Assembly (NCBI GenBank): GCA_000934665.2
Contig: JYFJ02002815.1
Location: 1 to 50,358 of the forward strand
Length of the DNA stretch: 50,358 nucleotides
Direction: 5' to 3'
Source: Catajapyx aquilonaris
Lineage: Eukaryota
Shown one piece after another: positions 14,062 to 26,400 of this stretch; the first letter of the stretch is position 1; every line of letters begins with the position of its first letter. Position numbers and translations under genes: made by a program. The notes under the pieces are model-generated. The model saw only the letters and a program-made list of their open reading frames with translations, was not told the DNA's origin and did not search any database.

Positions 14062-17000
14062 TCATATCAGGTCGCTAAAATCTGGAACTAAACATTTGAG
14101 CAATTAGTGTGCTACTTACACAGATGGAATTACCAGTGCAAAGAGCATAATATTATTCTCTCTATGCATATGAGCATTTCAGTTAGTCTCACTCACTTTC
14201 TTCGATGGGCAGCACAGTGTCGTCGATAGGTAAGTGTTGCAGCTCTTCAGATTGCTGTTCCTGATGGAGCTGGTCCGACATGGGTAAATTTTTGCATATG
14301 GTCAATAAATTCTCCGTGTTTATGGGAGTTTGGGTCTCCTCCATAAACTGGTCGTACAAGGGAATATTGAGATAGTTGTGTTCCATTGCTTCCTGACATT
14401 GCTGGAGGGTCACGCCTTGATTTGAGGTGGCAGCACCGAGATTTTCAAGGTTCAAGTTCACGGTATTTGCACCTGTAATCATGCAGAGGAAAGTATGACA
14501 AAACTTGTACAGTATATATGTACCGTACTTATTTTACGCTTACCAACTGGTGCCGTAATGTGTTCGCTGCTTTCGGATGTTGCCGTGTAAGGAAGCCCAG
14601 GCCCAAGGAAAATAGTGGGTGCCACACGCGAAGGTCCAGGGGCAGAATCAAATGAGCCAGTGATCTGAGGTTGTGACAAGACATTCTGGAGGTTTTGCCA
14701 GTGATATAAGCCTCTGGTCGCAGTACGCATTGGACGCTTGCGAGACACTGGATCAATAGTCATATTATGCAAGGATAATTATAATCAAGTACATCCAACT
14801 TATTTATGACACCATAATTATGTTGTGAAGTACTTACGTTCATCAGGTAAGTATCTGAAAGGCCTTCCTTCACTCCTTTCTCCGTCGCTCGGCCGATACA
14901 ATTCCATTAACACCATTTTCTCCTCAGTCAGGTTTTGGTCATGATAGGGTGGTGTTCTGGAAATTAGGGAGGTTTTAAAGTAGTGAAAAGGGTGTTGCAG
15001 TTGATATCTCAATAGAGAATAGCCTTGGTGGCCTAGAAATTGCTTAATTTGTCCACGCAAATACGACTTCACATGACATGACGGAAAAAACATTAAAAAA
15101 CTAAATAATTTGGCTAATGAAGCACCTGGTCTTGTAGATCATTGATTTACTGTAGAGATGATTACATATTTTCAGTGGGCCTCGCCCCGTAGGCCTCTAC
15201 GGATATTCGAGAAAATATTAATGTAAGTGTCAACAACTTTTCACAAAGGATCTCTGCCAGGATTGATTTTGCAATGACCCACGAAAATAGTCTACAATGT
15301 TTCAGCTATATTATAGGGCTAATTCTAATACAGTAATTATAATTGGTTTTACCTATATACCTGCTGATAATAGGGAAACTATTCAATGAGATTTCAGCTG
15401 CAATTGACTTCCCTCAGCAGCAAATATTCTACAAAAAATTACCATTTGCATGACATTTATCTTATATTTTTAAAATCCCAAAACTTTCGAATTTTAAATT
15501 TAGACCAGGTCTTTCACTGTGCCAGGTATATACCTGAAGACAATGGCTGCCTGCCTGTGCACTCCCAACGTCATGATTCCTTCTGCTCTCCATACTTCGG
15601 TTCCATCAATTACTTCATAAAATCTCACCTGAATGTCCTCTGGAAAAGAATTTAGCCAAGTCAAACAACTGCACTATGGAATTAACATTAACTTGAGAAG
15701 TCACAATAATTGAACTAACTCTGGATGACTTTTTCTACTAGAATGCACATCTCCTCATCACCAATGCACTTTCCGCATGTTTTGCTTAGGTAGGTAATGT
15801 TGAGCTCCTCTGTAAAATCATTAGCTCTAGGTAAAATTGTTAAAAGTTTCGGGGTTTAGAGAAACATTTCATATGCAGTATATAATATGTTTAACTAAAT
15901 TGTGCTATAGAGAGAAACACTCACTCGAATTGAATACAGCACTGGATATGACTGGCTCGCACAGCTCAACCCCTTCCTCTGAAAATGCCTGGAACTTGAG
16001 GTGGACACAATGTTTCACATCAGGCTTCGTCTTGCCTTCGTCAGCTGCTGGCTTCTTTGCTTTACTGGCTTTCTTTCCAGAACACTGTTGCTTCTTCCCT
16101 GGAAGCTGTTTCTTAGCGTCATCCTTTGGTTGAACTTCTATTATGACACATATCCACTGGAAGACGGCCGTGTAATTGTTGGATTCTTTCACCAGCTTCT
16201 CTAAGGGGTGCCCGTCTTCTTTAGGTGTTGTGTCAAGTTGGTGATGGTGAGGTTGGCCATCGACAGTGCACAGACTGACGCGAAGGATGGCAGTGTCTCT
16301 GTAGTGGTTGAGCTGTAATATCTAAACGCATTAGGGGAGAGTACATCTCGTGGCATATGTGAAGTGTATGGGCGAAAGGGCACATGACTGTGATCTCAAC
16401 TTATTTCATATTCATAAAAGTGTAGGTTTATTCTACATATTGGCCATTGAACTAAGAAGTTCACTGTGGCGGCCAGCAAGTAGGCCTACTATAGTAAAGC
16501 AAAAGATTATTGCCCTGATATCACTTGAAATAATCACATCTCCGCGGGGCGCCAGGAAGTGTGATTTTGCAAGCGAAGTGGCGGACAGAGACACCGTATC
16601 TTGATGTTTATAAGTCCATATATGACATTATAATTGTAATCATTACACTGGTCAGGAAAACTAATTTCCAAATCCAACGATAACCCGCCCGTAAAGTAGA
16701 CTATAGTGAGGATAGAGTGAACACGGAAAATCGGAAGTAGCGGGTCACCGGAAGTTGATCATGACACCTATTTATAGGTCACGCTTAATCCGAATATGAA
16801 ACCCGTTTGTCGCTATCACTTCCGGTTTAGGCCCTGATACCTGTCCACAGACGGACGGACAGACAGAGAATTCTATGACACTTTTTTTCGATGGTGAGAA
16901 AAAGTCTAAAATCGTAAAAATGAACCTGGGACAGTCATCAAAACAATAATGTATACAGGCCAGGTGCGATTTGTAAAAAGTTTCAAATGACGTCACGTTT

Positions 17001-17562
17001 GTTGTTATTGTGACTTCCTTTGTGATGGAAACAATGGTGACGTCATTTAGATTATATATTTTTTCAACATCGTATAAGCGGCCCGCCCTCACTTCGATCT
17101 TACGTCATCGTATTGTTTACAAATATATTCCTAATCAACAAAAATCTGCAAAGCGCACCCCTGGAACCTCACACACTTTTCAAAGTTTCCATAGAGATGC
17201 CCTCACACAACAATAGGAGTAAACAGTGTCAACAAAAAAATAACAATGCTTTACTCTTATTGTTGTGTGAGGGCAAATCCGTGGGAACATGAAAAGTGTG
17301 AGGTTCCAAGGGGTACGTTCGGAAGATTTCTAGGAGTTAATGAACAAAACGATGGCCTAAGGTCTAAGTAAGGGCGGGCTGACTTTTTAAAATACTGTAC
17401 TGTACCTACCCTAACAGTCGGGTGCTTGACCTTACGACCCTTCTTCGGCCCATCTGCCAGAAGGTATCCGTGTGTACCTTTGACCAGTTCAGACTCATAC
17501 CTGAACCTATGATATTTCCTAGGCTGCTCCAGGATCTCGAGGTGAACTTCTGAAGTGTCCAT
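14062..17562 (-). CDS. Relish: Relish-type NF-kB transcription factor (Rel homology domain + IPT dimerisation domain + NLS + acidic C-terminus), about 451 aa, no ankyrin repeats
   Basis: Phase-consistent exons (minus) 17562-17410, 16312-15925, 15809-15720, 15639-15534, 14956-14838, 14747-14544, 14472-14197, 14081-14062 (1356 nt). Motifs: LEILEQP-RFRYESE-GTHG (Relish has RFRYKSEMHGTHG), PHHHQL, LKFQAF..CEPVISSAVFN, ELNITYLSKTCG..DEEMCILVEKV, DIQVRFYE..VW..VHRQAAIVFRTPPY, ELYRPSDGERS..PFRYLP, then the NLS RKRP. The last short exon is the least certain. Orthologue versus paralogue of Relish is unresolved. Confidence 0.88.
16680..16900. mobile_element. Possible DINE-1/HINE-like (Helentron-related) non-autonomous element fragment in the Relish intron
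   Basis: Contains the (GACG/GACA)n run cagacggacggacagacag next to aatccgaatatgaaaaccc..acttccgg blocks. Resemblance only. Confidence 0.35.
17076..17386. repeat. Long imperfect inverted repeat (fold-back MITE-like), arms about 150 bp, in the first coding intron of the Relish-like gene
   Basis: ccgccctcactt..ctggaacctcacacacttttca..gccctcacacaacaataggagtaaa pairs with tttactcttattgttgtgtgagggc..tgaaaagtgtgaggttccaa..aagtaagggcggg. Confidence 0.75.
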
Positions 17563-18553
17563 TTGCGACACTGGAATCAAAACGGAACAATAATATTATA
17601 TCATTATATCGGACGTCACGCGCCAGGTTGACGCCTCTCACTTCACTCTAGTGCAAAGCAATAAGTCTTCTGCACATCCTGATCGTGTAATCACAGTCAT
17701 CCTGTATCAATATGATATACTGCAAATCCTAAGATTGCAGTGCTCATTATCAGCATCTCTTTCATTGCTGCAATAACATAAAACAGCAGGAAGCGAATAA
17801 CGATGATAACAACTTGTGGAAATGTAAATACAAGATAAGGTATATTTTACAAGTTTTGACATTGTTAGACGCGTCTATGATGATTGTGTAAGTAACACTA
17901 CGGGTGTACTTTAATAGGAACGCCCAGCCCATGTGAGGACCCTGCACCATCATCATCCAGCCCCCATACAATAATTATTACAATCCAATATAGCAAATAC
18001 AATATCAATGGCAAAATCCAACCCCTCCTCAGGCGTTTAATTGTCATAAAGGATTATTTTGTAAGCAGTTCTTTGCCTCAATATGTTAACTGCTTAAAAA
18101 TAAACAGCTTTGTGCAAATTGCTAACCACTAGGTTCAATTAAATTATTGGAACATTTTATACTGTTCGGTTCCATTCAGTGGCGTCACACTTCGAGTGCC
18201 AATAACATAATTAACCGGTTTAGCAACGCAATTTATAAAAGCAGTTTCAACATGCGCAAATTGAACTTACCGGCACAGAGCATTTAATACGTTCTTGAAA
18301 AATCTGCAAGCGGCAATCCTGTGACGTCACCAGCAATCGTGCATCTGAAGGACAAGGCCGGGCGAGGCTGTAAGATCCCTTCTAATTAAGTAGGCCTACC
18401 TGCACTCTGATGATGATGATGATGACGACGACGATTAAAAACATTAAAGTAACTAATGATATCATTTCTGCATTACTAAGCTTGAAAGTGACGTCATTGC
18501 CAACATTTTAAATCATTATTCTTAGTGTAAATTTTAATGGGAATAATACTCAC

Positions 18554-18620
18554 CAATTTATCCTCGCTCCACAAAGACACCGGATCAAGTGTAGGTGTAG
18601 TTCCGGATAGGTCGAGTTAT
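18554..18620 (-). other. Probable non-coding first exon of the Relish-like gene (5' end approximate)
   Basis: Strong donor AATTG|gtgagt on the minus strand at 18554/18553. Splicing to the acceptor at 17570 places an in-frame TAA upstream of ATG 17562. Confidence 0.5.
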
Positions 18621-18800
18621 ATACCAGGGGAAGAACCGTGTGTCCAGCCCTTTGATTGGCCTACTAGGTGTGTCGGGGAATTCCCGTGAACAAAAATAGA
18701 CGTCAGCAGACATGTCACGTGACCTGTGATATCAAGCTGGTTCATATCCTTCCCGCCACTGATTTCAGCGCCACTTGAAATGAAACTGGTGCTGCCATCT
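18620..18800. promoter_or_regulatory. Probable bidirectional promoter between the Relish-like gene and the zinc-finger gene
   Basis: CpG-containing segment with ATTGG/CCAAT (about 18655), the kB site GGGGAATTCCC (18675-18685), CRE-like GACGTCA (about 18700) and the palindromic E-box GTCACGTGAC (18714-18723). It is flanked by outward-facing splice donors at 18554 (-) and 18899/19023 (+). Confidence 0.6.
18675..18685. promoter_or_regulatory. NF-kB (kB) binding site GGGGAATTCCC
   Basis: Exact match to the GGGRNWYYCC consensus, with the palindromic core GGGAATTCCC typical of p50/Relish-class homodimer sites. Confidence 0.65.
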
Positions 18801-19987
18801 ACCGGCCAACTAGTTGACTACTGGATAGGAACGCTGAAACCGGAACGATGAACCGGAATACGAACCGGAGATTCTAATTGAGGGAACGACCGAACCGGGT
18901 AAAAGTGTCTTCATATTCATTCCATTTCGCATTTTTTGACTGAAATTTTTGCAGGAATTCGCACACAGCCTGGTACTGCACACCGACAACACACTCTACG
19001 TACTGTGGCTGTCAACCAGATGGTAAGACCCAGTGTAATGTACATGCAATACCCAAACAGTGCAAACATGTCCCACGGAGCACTTAGAAATAATTTATTA
19101 TTTGCAATTTTCAAAGTGGTGTCTAGCCCGTAATGACAGCGAAGCATTCGTATTCAGTTGATGTCAGGCAAGAAACCGCAAATGATCAGCCAGTCGTACT
19201 CCTGGGCCGTTGGAAAATATTTCTCGCAGGAATTGCGCACGTATCGTACATGCTCGTATCACGCAACATGCCTTCTGGTGCAGCCGACTGATGTAATTGC
19301 AACTCTTTCATAAGTGAAAAACACTCAACGCTGCCACCTGCAATGAATTCGGTACAGAACGGCAGTTTTCCATGCATCGAAAACTGTAACGTTGCAGACA
19401 GAGATTCATTTCGTATATCTTGGCAAAAATTAATTTGAAAGTTTGCAGAACCACTCTCTTCATCTGTCAGTATGTTCGCCTAATGAACATACGAAAACGC
19501 CCGGTGTCATCACACGAAATTTTCAACAGCCTGGATTTCAGAGGCCAGGAGTTAAATAATTAATTATTTAGTACAGCCTTGTCCATCCAGAACATTTAAA
19601 GTGATGAAGGCATTATTTAGCGGCTAGGGATTGTGTGTGGGGACACAATGCCGCACTTCTTGGATTTATCTTTTATTCAGGTGATAGTTCTGGTAGTCTG
19701 GTTAGTCATTACCTTTATGCCATCTGCACCTTCAACAGCGCAGTTGTTTGATGGAATATTCCATTTGTGGTGAAAAATTCGTCCAACAAATTAAATATTT
19801 TTGCTCCGGTTATGTTGAATGGCAGGTGGACAAGTGGACTTTTCTTTTTAAAATTTACAATAGGGGCCTGTTATTCTGGAGCACAGTTTGAGAACCTTGG
19901 ACTGTGACTTACACTGATTGTGAGTGTCAAGGGTATGTCCATAACTGACGAATTACACATAAATAAAAGGATATTATCTTCTTTCAG

Positions 19988-20234
19988 ATTAGGGTCACTC
20001 TACGTGCAGTGAGACTCTTGACATCTGAGGCCCAAGGAGTCAGTCACCTTCAGTGAGTGGTCCATCGTGTTCAATTTCTGGCAAACTGATAGGACTGCGG
20101 ACTTGGCAGACACCTCCTCAGGCAAGCCACATTGGCCACCTGTAGTGTCACCTACAAGGTCTGCCTACGAAGGCAACTGGACTTGGACCAATTTCTAGAA
20201 TACGCTTGTACTTTGTACCTGCTTGGTGAGAAGG
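19988..20234 (+). other. Probable 5' UTR exon of the zinc-finger gene
   Basis: Pyrimidine tract + acceptor tctctttcag| at 19987 and donor AAGG|gtaagc at 20234. Exon-like composition, no convincing ORF. Confidence 0.45.
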
Positions 20235-20272
20235 GTAAGCTAGTAGCAGGAAACAATGGCGTGATCAAATTA

Positions 20273-20463
20273 AGGCCGGTATCCACGTACGAGAATCTCG
20301 CATACGAGGGCTTACGAGGAGCCAACTGCGCATGCCCAGATACGAGGAAAGAGAGAAAAAGTAGAAAATTTTATACTTTTTCCCATTTTCTCGTATCTGG
20401 GCATGCGCAGTTGGCTCCTCGCAAGCCCTCGTATGCGAGATTCTCGTACGTGGATACCGGCCT
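20273..20463. mobile_element. Palindromic PIF/Harbinger (Tourist)-like MITE
   Basis: Arms of about 85 bp starting AGGCCGGTATCCACGTACGAGAATCTCGCATACGAG, with a TTA TSD on both sides. A second copy is at 28325-28504. Confidence 0.8.
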
Positions 20464-20868
20464 TTACTCAAGGTCCTGTCACACCATATAGCCTCAGTTA
20501 ATCCTTTTTGTTCTCCCTGCGTGAGGCTTGTCACATTGCACACTACTTATTTAATTCAAAATTATTCAAACTGTTGAGTTAGCACTGTACTCCCAGTTAT
20601 GTGGGTGTGGATTATTATTATCCATGCATCACAAAAAAAGAAAAAAAAAATTACAAGAGAATGTTATTAATACACTGTACTGCCGATTATCCAGGTTTGG
20701 ATTATCCATGTTTCGGATGATCCGTGCATGGCTAAAACAAAGAAAAATCCTTTAAAATGTCAATTTTTCTCCCAAATGAAGAAATACTGTATAACACTTT
20801 TTCTAGAAGACAAACTAAAAATCTCTAGTAAGTTTTACTAGTTTGATTTAAAAGCCTTATTTAAAGTA

Positions 20869-21472
20869 CAGTCAAACTTCTATAAGTCAAATCTCAATGG
20901 GACCGGGGAAAAACTTCGAGTTATAGAAGATTTGAGTTAGAGAAGTTTGGAATTTTTTAAGCACTTAACTCTTTAAGGAAGAAGCCTACCTTTATATTCA
21001 GCGACGAAAGTTATTCAAAACTTAAAAATAATTGTCACTATCACTATTACAATGTTCCTCGTAGTTTTGGTGTAAAAAAAATCACTGATATGGACATTTT
21101 GCCTACTCTCAGATTCAATGATTCAATTGTCACAATCGAGTCAAACACTTCTTTCGGTGCGTCTGGTAGACGGAGATCAGGAAATTGAGCCTTTCTGTAC
21201 ATGTGGCCTACCCTCGACCCTTCGGCTGGGAAATTATAAAATTTTCCGTACTTGCCAACATGAACTTAAACTTAGGGAGACTGAAAATCCATTGATATCC
21301 CATCGTAAGGCCCTGCCAGCACTTCGAGTTATGGAGAACTGCGCGTTATAGAAATTCGAGTTAGGGAAGTTTATTTCCTATTATTTTGCATTGTGACCAA
21401 CCAAGCTCATAATTTTATTCGACTTATAGAGAACTTCGACTTAGGGAAGTTTGACTTAAAGAAGTTTTACTG
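20869..21472. mobile_element. pogo/Tc1-type MITE
   Basis: TA|CAGTCAAACTTC...GAAGTTTTACTG|TA, with repeated subterminal ttcga(g/c)ttatagaa / ttcga(g/c)ttaggga motifs at both ends. Confidence 0.75.
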
Positions 21473-21744
21473 TAGTAGTATACAGTACATGTTCATTATT
21501 AACCTGTGAATATCTCATTTTTACAGTATCGAGGACCATTTTCGGATTATCCGTGTTTTCCGATTATCCGGCAACATCAGTGCATTTATTAGCATGGATA
21601 ACACTAATACGCAAGGTTTTGTTGTTCTGAAATGGAAATGCCTATCTGAACGGATTTTCTCTGCAGATTACGAAAATGACATTGAAAATCTCCTACTATG
21701 TCAAGTTTTCCAGTTATACAGGATGTGTCATAAATTCTCGTTGG

Positions 21745-22029
21745 GATGTCCACATGTCCAGCGCATGACGTGGATGGAGTTGACCTTCAGCAACGTCCTT
21801 ACACCACATTGTTGTGGCACTCATCCTTGTTATGACCACCAAGTTTCATTCTGATTGCATCATTCCACTGGGAGTTATGCACCTCAGAAGGTGTAAAAGT
21901 GTGGGTCGGAGGTGCATTTATCGGTGAACTTGGTGGTCGTAACAAGGATGAGTCTCACAACAATGTGGTGTAAAGACATTGCTGTAGGTCAACTCCATCC
22001 ACATCACACGTTGTACATGTGGACATACC
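21745..22029. repeat. Inverted repeat / MITE-like hairpin, arms about 100 bp
   Basis: gtccacatgt..ggatggagttgacct..tacaccacattgttgtg..actcatccttgttatgaccaccaagtt is the reverse complement of 21925-22028. Confidence 0.7.
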
Positions 22030-22057
22030 CGCGGGTCATTCCATGTGAAATCAGCCA

Positions 22058-22790
22058 CAGGGTGTCCCTAAATGATTGTCAACATTTGAAAGTTGTTTAA
22101 TTTCTATTAGTTGCGGTGTGCAATGACAAGACAGACATAGAACGAAAGAGCACATTTGGGAGATTTTATTGCACACACCACAAGTGCTTAATATGAGCAC
22201 CTTTCGTCACACGACATGATAATCCAATTCTCTACACAGGCCAGCATGTCTGGTGTGATTGATTCCACAGCAGCAACAATCCTGCGTTTCAACTCACACA
22301 GGCTGGTAGGTAGCCGTGGTACGAAGACCTGGTCCTTTACATATACCCCCAGAGGAAAAAGTCACATGGGGTGAGGTCGGGAGACCTTGGCGGCCACTGG
22401 AGAAAAACCAGATCTTGCTGACCGGCATGTCCGATCCGCCGATCCTTGCCCTTGCAAAGGCATTCCATCGTCTGAAACTTCTGGAACCACCATTGAATTA
22501 TTGTAGGGAGGGGTGTAATGTCGTCCGTACTGTCGCCGGAAGGTCTGCTGAACAGTAACTACCGAACCAAGCTATGGAAACTGCAGGACACGGAACGTTT
22601 TCTGTTCGGGAGACACCATTTTGTGGAGTGGCCCTGTGTGCCTCGCGGCAAAGTGCGGAACCAACTTTTCTGTGTGCAATAAAAACTCCCAAATGTGGTC
22701 TTTCGTTCTATGTATGTCTTGTCATTGCACACCGCATCTAATAGAAGTTAAGCAACTTTCAAAAGTTGACAATCATTTAGGGACACCCTG
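22058..22790 (-). mobile_element. Internally deleted Tc1/mariner (DD37D-like) transposon
   Basis: TIRs of about 55 bp, CAGGGTGTCCCTAAATGATTGTCAAC. Minus-strand transposase remnants: N-terminal MVSPEQKTFRVLQF..SVVTVQQTFRRQYG..QWWFQKFQ..CLCKGK, then WPPRSPDLTPCDFFLWG, and C-terminal ..VTKGAHI. Confidence 0.85.
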
Positions 22791-23468
22791 TATATTTGAT
22801 GGTTGCTCGACCATCTAGTAAATTTTTAATATTTATATTATTTTAAATACGGATGTTGCGCCTCGGGTGTTTCACCGCGGGACGTCATAAAAGTGTAAAG
22901 CCCAAAGTTTTTTTTTTTCACAATTTTTAACTAAGCACTAGTAGGAGTATCCATGGCCAAAATTTCAAATTTTTGCGTGGCCCCCACCTTTGAGATATTT
23001 GACTTTGAAATCAGCAAATTTCGAACTTTTTCTAATTTTGGACCGAAAAATCGGCCAGAAGGGCTTGCAAACCCGGATTTATTTCACCAAGGCTGGATAC
23101 CCTTCCTGTCAGAGTCCTTGGAAAAAAATATTCCACCCTGGGATTTCAAGCCCTTTCGGTTTTACAGGCCTTTGAAATCTGTTTGGATAGACCTGATTCT
23201 TTCAAAACAACAGAAAAAAAAGTCAAAAAAAAATGCAGATCAGAGTAATCAGGAGTACAGTGTATTTCCACATGGGAATATCCTCCGTATCACAGTCAGT
23301 TTCATACGTAACTTTATGCACAATTTATGCTCGCTTGTAAGGTGCATGGAATGGGGCCTGGTCTCCATTCTGATTGGGGGTTGGAATGATGGAATCACAC
23401 TGGACTGGTTTCGCTTTTTCAGGGTGGTGCACAGTTGCAGAACCGAAAGCAGGTCCCCCTTCCCAACA

Positions 23469-26400
23469 ATGGACATGCTGTCTTGGGGGGTGTTCCCCTG
23501 CCCCTGCTGCCCAGGGAAAACTTTCAAGAGGAGGCTTGATCTGTTAGCGCACAACACCACCCATTCAAAGTGGGACAGTGTCAAGGTGGAGGTCAAGGAG
23601 AAGCCAGAAGAAGAGCCAGAGGTCACAGTCAGGTTCCACAAGGTTGGTTTTCCGGAATAAATTCAGCTCGTTTTTTTTATTGACTGCACCTGATAATAAT
23701 GGTGGTAGCCAAGTCATCACTTTTTCAATTTATACGCAAAGGTTTCTGCCATGCATATGCCTTTAATGCACACTACAGTATACTGATTAATGAAACTATT
23801 CAAAAAATGCGAAAATAGCTCGCCTGCAAATGAGTCTGGACCTAAAAATCTGTAATTCTCTTCTGTCGTCTCCATCTTGCCAAATACACCAGAAAAGTAA
23901 TGATTTTGTCCTTTTCGGCAAGTACAAAGGAGCATTACTGCATGACATCTTGGCCGTTTCTGTCTCACTGCCAACTGCTTGACGCAGGTGTAGGCTAGGG
24001 TGTAGTGTGCTGATGCATGCCTGGGAACCTGGGAAGGTAATGAATATGACTGGACGTTTTTAAAATCCGCATTTTTTGGTCAGCTATGATGCAATGAGTT
24101 GAAAATGGGCACTTGACGGGGTGAGATTGTGGCATTGTTTTTCCCCATTATTTCACTGATTTTTATGCATGACGGTGATGGGAAACGTTTCCTTGAAGAA
24201 GATCGGTCAGAAGCTTCGGCAGAAACCATGGTCAACATTTCTGTTACGATTAAAAAGTGGAAAATTGGATGGTGCCAAAGTGACCAGAAGAGGAACACTG
24301 CATCTAGCACCACTAGCCGAGGCGACTAGAGAGCGTATCGAATCTGACCGAACCGAAGAATAAGATCAACTTGGTTGGAGGAAGGGAAAAATTCATGTAA
24401 TTGCATTTTTTCATAATTTTGAGCCAATGACTCGGACTGATCATGTGTGTGACTTACAATGTGTTTTATCAAGATGAAGGAGTTCAGGGGTGTCCTTGAA
24501 GTGCCTGTAAACATCATTGTCATACCTTTCTTTTTAACAATATTAAAAAACAATTTTTTCTTTGTATTAAAAAATATATATATATATATATTTAAAATAT
24601 GTCGAGGATGTTCCTTTTTACAGGCAGACTGGAGAGAATGGAAAACTGCAAATCTCAAAAAATGTGGCACAATCTCACCCCATTTGATGGTAGTTCTGGT
24701 GAGCCTATGAAGGTGATTAGTGATGGACTGCTTCAAATGTGTCTTGGAGAACAAAGGTGGTTTCTTCCCCATCATGAGGTGATTAGTCAATAAAAATGCT
24801 AAGTTATGAATCAAGAGATGTTTACAGGCACTTCAAGGACACCTGTGTACTCCTTCATCTTGATAAAACACCATTGTTTATAGCCACACGCATAATCTGT
24901 CTGAGTCAATGGCTCATAATATTATGAAAAAATGCAATTACATTAATTTTTCCCTTTCTCCAACCAGTTTGATTTTCATGCACGTAAGCCATGTGATCTT
25001 TATTTTTTAGTTCACGTACTTCAGGTCAATGAAGTTCGACGCTCGTTTTCGTTTCCAAGGCGCTAGCTGTAGTAGGCTACTCCTTGCCCGTTCGCCTTGC
25101 TCACATCCAAGTTTCTACTACTTTTTTCATTGCAGAAATGTTAGCCCTGATTTCTGCCAAAGCTTCGGCCCGATTTTCACGTAACCTTTCCTTATCACTG
25201 TGACTCTTGAAAATCAGTGAAATAATATGGGGAAACTGGGAAAAACAGTGGCACAATCTCACCTCATCAACTGTACTTTTCTTTACTAATTACGCCATGT
25301 TTCAAAAGAATTGTTTCTTGTTTTTTTTTCGCATATTGAAGATGCTCATTTTTACAGGCAGACTGGTGGGAATGTGCCCATGATACGTTTCCCATTCATT
25401 TCAAGCATTTAAATAGGCTGGCATAATCTCACCCCACGTGATGGGATGAGATTTGGAGATTGTGAAACGGAAAAGAATTGATATCTCCCCTTGACAGCAT
25501 TTGCACTTGTAATCTGGTGCTCATAAGGTGTATCAATATAATTTTTTAAAATACCATAAGGATATGCTGAGGAAGGGAGGTTCGAGAATTGCATGGTGCT
25601 TACCAGCTGATGGTGGCATATGTAATCAGATACACCCTAACAGGGTTACTGGTTCTTTTCATCACATTTTAAATGACCGTGGTCCTATGCCAACAAGATG
25701 GCCTTTACCAATTTAGGATAGTAGGAAATTTCGCAGTTTTGCAACGGAAAATTAACATAATTATTCCGTTGTCTTCACTTATTACGCTGAAGAACTGAAC
25801 CTGTGAGCAAGACAATTAATTTTATCAGAGCTCAAGGACTTCAATTAATCTGAATATCTGGAAAAGTTGAGTATCACTGCTTTAAAGTATGATCGTGTGA
25901 GGTGCTTCCAAACCAAACTTCATTTATGGGAAGCACAAATGCAAAAAACAACAACAACAACAACAACAACAATTGTACTGACTGTAATTGCACATGTGAG
26001 ATGTCACTGTGCACAAAGACTTGAACCAAATTTAGGTGCTTTCTGCATAAAAATTATTGCAATGTTGATAACTGAATTTGAAAAGAGATTCCGTGATTTC
26101 AAATCGTATGAGAAAGATATTCAGCTGTTTCCTTAGCTCCATTCTTATGTAATGTCAGTCTGACAAGTAATAAAGTTCAGATGGAGTTGATTGTAATGCA
26201 AGTGTAACACTGCTCTCAGGAACAAGTACTTGGTAACAAGTACAAAGCTGTTGGATTTTCAGAATTTTACACATGTTTGCCTGACAAAGTCCCTAATATG
26301 AAGCAATTTGCTGTAAGGGGCCTTGCTATGTGTGGTAGCATGCGCTTGTGTGAGCAATAAATTATTTCCGATGATGAATGTGAACAGGACCACTAGAAAA

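Noticed and set aside
14225..14255. LQHL resembling the Drosophila Relish caspase site LQHD
   Set aside because: It lacks the P1 Asp and there is no inhibitory domain downstream. Probably coincidence.
20132..20543. Overlapping ORFs with repeated peptide (also 28182-28579)
   Set aside because: These result from reading through palindromic MITEs.
22953..23420. 5' part of the 235-aa ORF 22953-23660
   Set aside because: It runs through repeat and intron sequence upstream of the acceptor at about 23422. Only 23469-23642 is credible coding sequence.
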